Below, piece after piece: positions 57,585-64,000 of a stretch of DNA of 64,000 nucleotides. The notes under the pieces were generated by a model, which worked only from the letters and a program-made list of their open reading frames with translations, did no database searches and was not told the DNA's origin. Made by a program: the position numbers and the translations under genes. Numbering within the stretch: the first letter of the stretch is position 1; the number at the start of each line of letters is the position of its first letter. The DNA comes from Actinomycetota bacterium (GTDB lineage: Bacteria > Actinomycetota > UBA4738 > HRBIN12). The DNA is taken from the NCBI GenBank assembly GCA_040902745.1, contig JBBDWR010000029.1:8791-72790 (forward strand), given 5' to 3'.

Positions 57585-58739
57585 CTAGTCCTCCTCGAGC
57601 AGTTCGGCCGCGCGCTTGCGGGCCCAGGTGTCGGCCCGCTCGAGGTTGACCACGGAAACAACCGAGGGAGCCTCGTGCTCGTCCACGGTGGTCTGCACCA
57701 CCTCGACGATGCGTGTGAGCTGGATCTTGCCCTCAAGGAAGGCCATCACCGCGACTTCGTTGGCGGCATTCATCACCGCAGGGAAGGTCTGGCCGAGCTG
57801 CCCCACGCGGTACGCGAGATCGACGGCGGGGAACGCCTCGCGATCGACGGGTTCGAAGGAGAAGGAGGAGTCGACGAGCGGCACCGACTCGATGCCGGTC
57901 GGCAGCCGGTCGGGCCAGCCGAGCGCGAGCTGGATCGGGAGCCTCATGTCCGGCGCCGCGATCTGTGCGGTGATGCCGCCGTCGCGGAACTCCGCCATCG
58001 CATGCACCAGTCCTTCCGGGTGCACCACGACGTGGATCGACGAGTACTCCAGGTCGAAAAGGTAGTGCGCCTCGATCACCTCGAGCCCCTTGTTCATGAG
58101 CGTCGCCGAGTCGATCGTGATCTTGGGTCCCATCTGCCACACTGGGTGCGCCAGCGCCTCCTTGACCGAGGCGCGGGCGAGTTCGTTTCGGGTCCAGCCC
58201 CGGAACGGCCCGCCGGAGCCGGTAAGGATCACGCGCTTGAGGTCCTCGCGTTGCTCCCCACGCAGGCACAGCGCCAGGGCTGCGTGTTCGGAGTCGACGG
58301 GGATCAGTCGCTCGGGCTCACCCTTGATCAGATCCTTCACGAGCTCGCCTCCGACCACGAGACTTTCCTTGTTGGCCAGGGCGAGCGTCTTGCCGCTCTG
58401 CAGCGTGGCCATCGTGGGTCCCAGTCCGGCCGAACCGACGAGTGCGTTGAGCACCATGTCGGCTTCTGCATCGCGGGCGAGTCGCTCGGCGGCGTCGGGG
58501 CCGACGAGCAGCTCGACGCCCTTGAGACCCTCGAGCTTCTCCTTGAGGTCGATCGACGCGGTCTCGTCGGCGATCGCGACGAACGGCGGCAGGAACTCGC
58601 GGATCTGGCCGATCAGCAGCTCGTGGTTGGTGCCCGCGGACAGCCCGACAACCCGGAACCGGTCCGGGTTGCGGCGCACGACGTCGAGCGCTTGGGTTCC
58701 GACGGAACCCGTCGAGCCGAGAACGATCAATGAACGCAT
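57585..58739 (-). CDS. dxr: 1-deoxy-D-xylulose 5-phosphate reductoisomerase
   Basis: MRSLIVLGSTGSVG NADPH-binding motif. The ORF begins two codons upstream at an alternative ATG (58745). Confidence 0.9.
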   Translation of the reverse strand: MRSLIVLGSTGSVGTQALDVVRRNPDRFRVVGLSAGTNHELLIGQIREFLPPFVAIADETASIDLKEKLEGLKGVELLVGPDAAERLARDAEADMVLNALVGSAGLGPTMATLQSGKTLALANKESLVVGGELVKDLIKGEPERLIPVDSEHAALALCLRGEQREDLKRVILTGSGGPFRGWTRNELARASVKEALAHPVWQMGPKITIDSATLMNKGLEVIEAHYLFDLEYSSIHVVVHPEGLVHAMAEFRDGGITAQIAAPDMRLPIQLALGWPDRLPTGIESVPLVDSSFSFEPVDREAFPAVDLAYRVGQLGQTFPAVMNAANEVAVMAFLEGKIQLTRIVEVVQTTVDEHEAPSVVSVVNLERADTWARKRAAELLEED

Positions 58740-58915
58740 CGTCATCTAGGGTACCCCGGGTCTCCCACAAGTCGAGGAATCCCTGGTCGCGTCACCGGCA
58801 GGCACGTCTCCGACGTCAGCGACCCTTCCCCACCAGTATCGGATCGAGCGCCGACGACCGCGATACCTTGCGTTCGGTAGCTGACAGGGCCGTGGTGCGC
58901 GCAGGCGCGGAAGGT

Positions 58916-60625
58916 CTACAGGAAGATGCGGAAATACAGGAACGCGGCGGGGGCCACGAAGAGGAGCGAGTCGATCCTGTCCAGCACGCCTCCGTGCCCC
59001 GGGAGGATGCTTCCCATGTCCTTCACGTCGAGATCGCGCTTGATCAACGACTCGGCGAGGTCTCCGATCGGGGCGAAGATCGCCACGACGATCGCGAGGC
59101 CGATCGAACGACCGACCGTCTCGAGCGGGTCGACCAAGGGCGAGAGCACCGCGACCGCCACGATGATCACGATCAGGGTGGCCCCGATCGCTCCCTCCCA
59201 GGACTTCTTCGGGCTGATCGATTGTGCGAGCGGGCGACTTCCCCACACGGAACCGATCGCGAATGCAGCTGTGTCGTAGACGAAAGTGAGGCCGATCACG
59301 GAGATCATCAGCGCGCGCCCGTCGAGAGCCTCCGGCAGGGCAAGGGTGATCAGCGCGTATCCCGCAAGCCCGGCGACGTAGATCACCGGCAGAAGCGTCG
59401 ATGCGATCCCGACGACGATGTGCTTGCGATGGGCGGCGGGGACGGTCATGTACCACAGGAACGTCGCGAACGTGCCGAGCGCGATCATCGCGAGCATCGC
59501 GGCCTCACCGTGGTAGTACCCGGCAGCAAGCACCAGCGCGCCCGTCGCCAGTCCCACGATCGTGGCGGGCTGCAGGTGGCGCTTCTGCACAACCCAGTAC
59601 AACTCTCCTTGCGCCAGCAGAACGAGCGCCGACGCGACGATCGCGAACACCCCGGAGCCGATCGCGAGACTCCCGAGCGCGACCGCCGCGAGGACGACTC
59701 CGGTCAGGAACGCCGCCGGGACGTCGCGGCCTCCGCCACGACCCTCCTCCGCGCCCCCGACCTCCACCGAGGTCGGTTCCTGCCAGCTGGGTCCGTCGTC
59801 CGGGCCGCCGACCATGACCGGATCGTCGGCTCCTCCCTCGTCGAGATCGGCAAGGAGCGTCTCTTCGACCTCGGTCGCGGGTGCGAACGGCTGCGAGACG
59901 TCGTAGGGCTCCCCGACCACCGTCTCGGTTGCGTACACCTCGACCTGCTCGGTCTCGGGCGCGTTCTGCGGGTCCAGCTCCTCCGTCGGGTACGACGCAG
60001 GCGGCTCGTCGACCGGCGGCATGTGATCGTCACCCGAAGCGCTCGGCGCCTCCTGCCCGGTTTCGGCGCGCACCGACGCGGCGAAGTGTTCGGCGGCGGC
60101 AGCGATGTCGGGCTCGTCCTGCGGCTCTGAACCGAGTACCTGCGCCTCGACCGGCTCGACGACTTCGACCACGTCGGTCACATCGACCACTTCCACCTCG
60201 GCCTCGGCCGAAAATGGCCACTCCCCCTCGTCGACCGGATCCGCGGTGTCGAACAGGTCTGCCTGTGGCTCCTGAGTCGGCTGTCCTGCAGGGCGGACCC
60301 GGATGCCTTCGATCATGTCCCCGGCGGGCTCGTCCGGCTCCTCGTCCGAGAGCTCCGCCGACCCGGATCCGGGCGGCTGGGTTTCGGCGTAGATGTCGAC
60401 ACGTCGCTCGGGGCGACCGGAGGCAGCGTCGCCTGGCAGGTCGTACGCGGGCTCGTCGGCCGTCGGCTCCTCGTACGACGTGGGTTCGGCCGGCGTGGGG
60501 CGAACGGGTTCGGACGGCTCGGTCGCAGGGGCCTCGGGCTCGGGCCAGTCGACGTCCTGGATCGGTGCGAAGAACTTGTCCAGGTCCTCGAACAGCTCGT
60601 CCTTGTCCCGGTCGCGATCCGTCAC
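58916..60625 (-). CDS. cdsA: Phosphatidate cytidylyltransferase with ~290-aa acidic, Pro-rich N-terminal extension
   Basis: The C-terminal ~280 aa carry the CTP_transf_1 signature (SxxKRxxxxKDxxxxxPGHGGxxDRxDS). The N-terminus (D/E/P/A/V-rich, pI very low) is continuous, with no stop between the frr stop and the CdsA core. Confidence 0.8.
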   Translation of the reverse strand: MTDRDRDKDELFEDLDKFFAPIQDVDWPEPEAPATEPSEPVRPTPAEPTSYEEPTADEPAYDLPGDAASGRPERRVDIYAETQPPGSGSAELSDEEPDEPAGDMIEGIRVRPAGQPTQEPQADLFDTADPVDEGEWPFSAEAEVEVVDVTDVVEVVEPVEAQVLGSEPQDEPDIAAAAEHFAASVRAETGQEAPSASGDDHMPPVDEPPASYPTEELDPQNAPETEQVEVYATETVVGEPYDVSQPFAPATEVEETLLADLDEGGADDPVMVGGPDDGPSWQEPTSVEVGGAEEGRGGGRDVPAAFLTGVVLAAVALGSLAIGSGVFAIVASALVLLAQGELYWVVQKRHLQPATIVGLATGALVLAAGYYHGEAAMLAMIALGTFATFLWYMTVPAAHRKHIVVGIASTLLPVIYVAGLAGYALITLALPEALDGRALMISVIGLTFVYDTAAFAIGSVWGSRPLAQSISPKKSWEGAIGATLIVIIVAVAVLSPLVDPLETVGRSIGLAIVVAIFAPIGDLAESLIKRDLDVKDMGSILPGHGGVLDRIDSLLFVAPAAFLYFRIFL

Positions 60626-61185
60626 GCGATCTCCTTGAGTTCCTGCTCCTTGTGGGCGAGGATCTCATCGATCTCCGCGACGTGCTGGTCCGTGAGCTTC
60701 TGCAGCTCCTTCTCGGCACGCTTCAAGTCATCCTCGGAGATGGTGCCCTCTCGTTCAAGTCTTTCGAGCTTCTCCTTGTCGTGCCTACGCACGTTCCGCA
60801 CCGCCACCCGGCCGTCCTCCGCCAGACCGTGGACCACCTTCACGAGCTCGTTGCGGCGCTCCTGCGTCAGTTGCGGGATCGTCAGCCGTATCAGGGCGCC
60901 GTCGCTCTGCGGCGTGATCCCCAGATCGCTGGTCTGGATGGCCTTCTCGATGGCGCCGACAGAATTGCGATCGAACGGCTGGATCACGAGGGTCCGGCCC
61001 TCTTGCACCGAGATACCGGCCAGCTGCTGCAGCGGCGTCTGGGCCCCGTAGTAGTCGACGGTCACACGGTTGAGCAGGCTGGTGTTGGCTCGCCCGGTGC
61101 GCACACCACCCATCTCGTCCTTGAGATGGGTGACGGCCTTCGCCATCTTCTCCTTCGCCTCCGAGAGCGCCGCCGGCACGGTCAC
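60622..61185 (-). CDS. frr: Ribosome recycling factor
   Basis: The GTG start (GTGA overlap with pyrH stop) gives [33 protein letters not shown]... Confidence 0.85.
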   Translation of the reverse strand: MTVPAALSEAKEKMAKAVTHLKDEMGGVRTGRANTSLLNRVTVDYYGAQTPLQQLAGISVQEGRTLVIQPFDRNSVGAIEKAIQTSDLGITPQSDGALIRLTIPQLTQERRNELVKVVHGLAEDGRVAVRNVRRHDKEKLERLEREGTISEDDLKRAEKELQKLTDQHVAEIDEILAHKEQELKEIA

Positions 61186-61949
61186 GAGGCCGCCCCATGA
61201 ACCAACGTGCCGATCGGTTCCCCGGACAGGGCGCGCCGGATGTTGCCCTCCTGGCGGAAGTCGAACACGATGATCGGCAGATCGTTCTCCATGCACAACG
61301 AGATCGCGGTGGCGTCCATCACCTGATACCCCTCGCGCAGCACGTCGAGATACTCGATCGTCTCGAACTTGCGCGCGTTCGCGTCCTTGTGCGGGTCGGC
61401 CGTGTACACACCGTCGACCTTGGTCCCCTTCAAGATCGCCTGCGCCTTGATCTCGAGCGCGCGCTGAGCGGCCGTCGTGTCCGTCGAGAAAAATGGAGCA
61501 CCGAGTCCCGCCGCGAAGATCACGATGCGGCCCTTCTCCAGGTGCCGTGTCGCGCGCAGCGGAACGTACGGCTCTGCGATCTGTGCCATCTGGATCGCCG
61601 TCTGGACCCGCGTGGTGACGTGGATCTTCTCGAGAGCATCCTGCAACGCCAGGGCGTTCATCACGGTTCCCAGCATGCCCATGTAGTCGGCGCGGCCGCG
61701 GTCGATACCCTCGGCGTCGCGTCCGCGGAAGATATTGCCGCCGCCCACGACCACCGCGGTCTGCACGCCGAGATCGACGACTTCGGCGAGCTGACGGGCA
61801 AGCAGCGTCGTGGCCTCGGTGGAGATGCCGTGTTCGTCGTCGGGCGGAGAGAACGCCTCGCCGGAGAGCTTGAGCAGAACCCGGTGGTAGATCGGCCGTT
61901 CGGCGCGCGGCGTCGCCGGCGGCTCGATCTGCGGCGCCCCATCGCTCAT
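61182..61949 (-). CDS. pyrH: UMP kinase
   Basis: Internal [14 protein letters not shown]...[13 protein letters not shown]...[11 protein letters not shown]. Confidence 0.9.
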   Translation of the reverse strand: MSDGAPQIEPPATPRAERPIYHRVLLKLSGEAFSPPDDEHGISTEATTLLARQLAEVVDLGVQTAVVVGGGNIFRGRDAEGIDRGRADYMGMLGTVMNALALQDALEKIHVTTRVQTAIQMAQIAEPYVPLRATRHLEKGRIVIFAAGLGAPFFSTDTTAAQRALEIKAQAILKGTKVDGVYTADPHKDANARKFETIEYLDVLREGYQVMDATAISLCMENDLPIIVFDFRQEGNIRRALSGEPIGTLVHGAAS

Positions 61950-61962
61950 CTCGCCGGCCCCT

Positions 61963-62568
61963 TCAGTCGAGTTCCTCGCCAAGCTTGTACCGGACGAACC
62001 GGCGCACGGCAACTTTCTCTCCCAGCTTGGCCGCCGTCTCGTCAACGAGCTGCCCGATCGTGAGGGAGTCGTCCTTGACGAACACCTGGTCGAGCAGGAC
62101 GACATCTCTGTAGAACGCCTCAAGCTTGCCGTCGACGATCTTGGGGATCACGTTGTCGGGCTTGCCCAGCTCAGCGGCTTGCGCAGAATAGATCTCGCGC
62201 TCCTTGGCCAAGACGTCCTCGGGAACGTCTTCGCGAGAGCGGTATCGCGGAGCCATGCTCGCGATGTGGACCGCGAGGTCCTTGGCGAGCTGCTGGAACT
62301 GCTCGGTGTTGGCGACGAAGTCCGTCTCGGTGTTCACCTCGACGAGGACGCCGACGGTACCGTTGAAGTGCTGGTAGTTCGCGATCACTCCCTGCTCGGC
62401 GGCGCGGTCCGCGCGCTTGGCGACGCCGGCCAAGCCCTTCTCGCGTAGCAGTTGGGTCGCCTTCTCGGCATCGCCGCCCGCCGCGACGAGGGCCTTCTTC
62501 GCGTCCATCATCCCGGCGCCGGTGGCATCGCGAAGCGTCTTGACCTGTGTGGCGGTGACGTCGCTCAT
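61963..62568 (-). CDS. tsf: Elongation factor Ts (short, ~200-aa form)
   Basis: UBA-like N-terminus ([19 protein letters not shown]) and a single dimerisation core. Confidence 0.9.
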   Translation of the reverse strand: MSDVTATQVKTLRDATGAGMMDAKKALVAAGGDAEKATQLLREKGLAGVAKRADRAAEQGVIANYQHFNGTVGVLVEVNTETDFVANTEQFQQLAKDLAVHIASMAPRYRSREDVPEDVLAKEREIYSAQAAELGKPDNVIPKIVDGKLEAFYRDVVLLDQVFVKDDSLTIGQLVDETAAKLGEKVAVRRFVRYKLGEELD

Positions 62569-63578
62569 ACCGTCGGCTCCTCCGTGCCCGAGGGCGCAGC
62601 CACCGCGGGCTCCTCGGGAGTAGTCGCGGGTTTTGGAGCGGACTTCGCGGCTGGCTTCGCGACCGAAGGTTTCGCGGCCGGCTTGGCGGCCGGCTTGGCT
62701 GCCGGCTTCGCCGTGGACTTGCCCGGGGCAGGCGGCTTCGCGGGTGCCGCCCTGACCTTCGCAGGCGCGGGCGTTGCTGATGGAGCCGCGTCCGTGGCGC
62801 TGGTCTCGGAGCCGGCCGGCTTCGCCGCGTCGGGCGTCGCTGCGGCCTCGGGTTCGATCTCGGGGCCGGTGGCCTTCGTGATCGCGCGCTCACGACCCTC
62901 CTGGCGTCCCTCGACGATCGCGTCGGCGATCACCCTGGTCACGAGGTTCACGGCACGGATCGCGTCGTCGTTGCCCGGGATCGCGTAGTCGACCTCGTCC
63001 GGGTCGCAGTTAGTGTCCACGATCGCGATCACCGGCAGACCGAGCTTTCGAGCTTCGGTGATCGCGATGTGCTCCTTCTTCGTATCGATGATGAACACCG
63101 CGTCAGGGAGTCGCTCGAGATCCTGGATCCCGCCGAGGTTGCGCTCCAGCTTGGCCATCTCGTGGCGCAGGCGGATCACTTCCTTCTTCGGCAGCGAGTC
63201 GAACGCGTCGGTGCGATCCATCTCACGGAGTTCCCGAAGGCGGATCAACCGCTTCGACACCGTCTGGAAGTTGGTGAGCATGCCCCCGAGCCAGCGCATC
63301 GTGACGAACGGCATGCCGGAGCGCCCAGCGTGCTCGTGGATCGGCTCGTGCGCCTGCTTCTTGGTTCCGATGAACAGCACGACGCCGTTGCGTGCGGCGA
63401 GGTCGCGGACGAACGCATGTGCCTGCTCGAGGCCTTCGAGACTCTTCTCGAGGTCGATGATGTAGATGCCGGAGCGTTCCCCGTAGAGGAAGCGCTGCAT
63501 CTTCGGGTTCCAGCGCCTGGTCTGGTGCCCGAAGTGCACGCCCGCCTCGAGGAGCTCCCGCCTCGTGACGACGGGCAT
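62565..63578 (-). CDS. rpsB: 30S ribosomal protein S2 with ~100-aa Ala/Pro/Lys-rich C-terminal tail
   Basis: The S2 core ([15 protein letters not shown]...) is followed by a tail with (AKPA)n repeats. The RBS aaggagg lies upstream. Confidence 0.9.
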   Translation of the reverse strand: MPVVTRRELLEAGVHFGHQTRRWNPKMQRFLYGERSGIYIIDLEKSLEGLEQAHAFVRDLAARNGVVLFIGTKKQAHEPIHEHAGRSGMPFVTMRWLGGMLTNFQTVSKRLIRLRELREMDRTDAFDSLPKKEVIRLRHEMAKLERNLGGIQDLERLPDAVFIIDTKKEHIAITEARKLGLPVIAIVDTNCDPDEVDYAIPGNDDAIRAVNLVTRVIADAIVEGRQEGRERAITKATGPEIEPEAAATPDAAKPAGSETSATDAAPSATPAPAKVRAAPAKPPAPGKSTAKPAAKPAAKPAAKPSVAKPAAKSAPKPATTPEEPAVAAPSGTEEPTV

Positions 63579-63749
63579 GATGCCTCCTTCGTGGTTTTTC
63601 GTGATGCCCTCGGCCCGGATCTTCCCGTCCCGGCCCGGCGTCTCCGCCGGGACCCCGGGATACGGTCCCCGGGCCTGTGGTGTACGCCGAAGCGCCGCGA
63701 GGGAGTCTAGCAGCGGGTTCGGGCTCTCCCCAGCCGCTCGCTCAAGGGG

Positions 63750-64000
63750 TCAGCCCCGGGAGCGGCGCTGCCCGACGTCCGGAACCGGCAACCCCGGTTC
63801 GGCGAAGAGATAGCGATAGCAATAGACGGCGAGGAACCCGACGTGCACGACGTTGACGCCGAGCACACCGATCCACGTGGCGACTCCGGGATTTGCGTCC
63901 ACCCGGCCGAGGCCGGGCACGAGCAGCGGGGAGATGAACGCGAAGAGGGAGTATGCGAACGCCAGCACGAGGTTCTGGGACCCGGGAACGCGAGCCGCGG
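63750..64000 (-). CDS. C-terminal part of a hydrophobic membrane protein (start lies beyond window end)
   Basis: The frame stays open to position 64000 with strong GC3 bias. The product is hydrophobic (...LAFAYSLFAFISPLLVPGLG...GVLGVNVVHVGFLAVY...). Confidence 0.4.
   Translation of the reverse strand, partial: AARVPGSQNLVLAFAYSLFAFISPLLVPGLGRVDANPGVATWIGVLGVNVVHVGFLAVYCYRYLFAEPGLPVPDVGQRRSRG

Noticed and set aside
61963-62568. Short (201-aa) EF-Ts as evidence of horizontal acquisition.
   Set aside because: Short single-core EF-Ts forms occur in several bacterial lineages. Synteny (rpsB-tsf-pyrH-frr) is canonical, so there is no basis for an HGT claim from sequence alone.

Overview
This is a high-GC (~70%) actinobacterial-type chromosomal segment. 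It is dominated by a conserved, mostly minus-strand housekeeping backbone: a partial aminotransferase, dapE, dapF, miaA, miaB, rny, recX, recA, cinA, an HTH gene, then ftsK, rnj, dapA, then dapB, an M16 peptidase, pnp, rpsO, a CapA-like gene, ribF, then truB, nrnA, rbfA, DUF503, infB, ylxR, nusA, rimP, proS, then ispG, YjbQ, a two-component system, rseP, dxr, cdsA, frr, pyrH, tsf, rpsB. Plus-strand accessory blocks interrupt this backbone.

The most unusual content is a cobalamin-riboswitch-controlled operon at 14.5–20.0 kb. It encodes two secreted proteins whose folds look like the two halves of eukaryotic transcobalamin/intrinsic factor (an alpha/alpha-toroid repeat protein and a DUF4430-like membrane-anchored protein), followed by an ECF-type importer (T component, fused AA' ATPase, putative S component).

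Other notable items:
- recA is interrupted by a 360-aa intein carrying a LAGLIDADG homing endonuclease and is preceded by a LexA/Cheo box.
- trpE/trpG are preceded by a Trp-codon leader peptide plus an intrinsic terminator (attenuator).
- A plus-strand island between ribF and truB carries a PAP2 phosphatase/eukaryotic-like kinase fusion.
- Several essential RNA and translation proteins carry long low-complexity tails encoded by 12-nt tandem repeats: PNPase (GGDR/RGG), CdsA (acidic N-terminus), RpsB, IF-2 and NusA.

Many long Arg-rich ORFs in the six-frame track are high-GC frame artefacts and were not called. Gene starts were chosen from homology, overlap (ATGA/GTGA) and RBS logic and may be off by a few codons.
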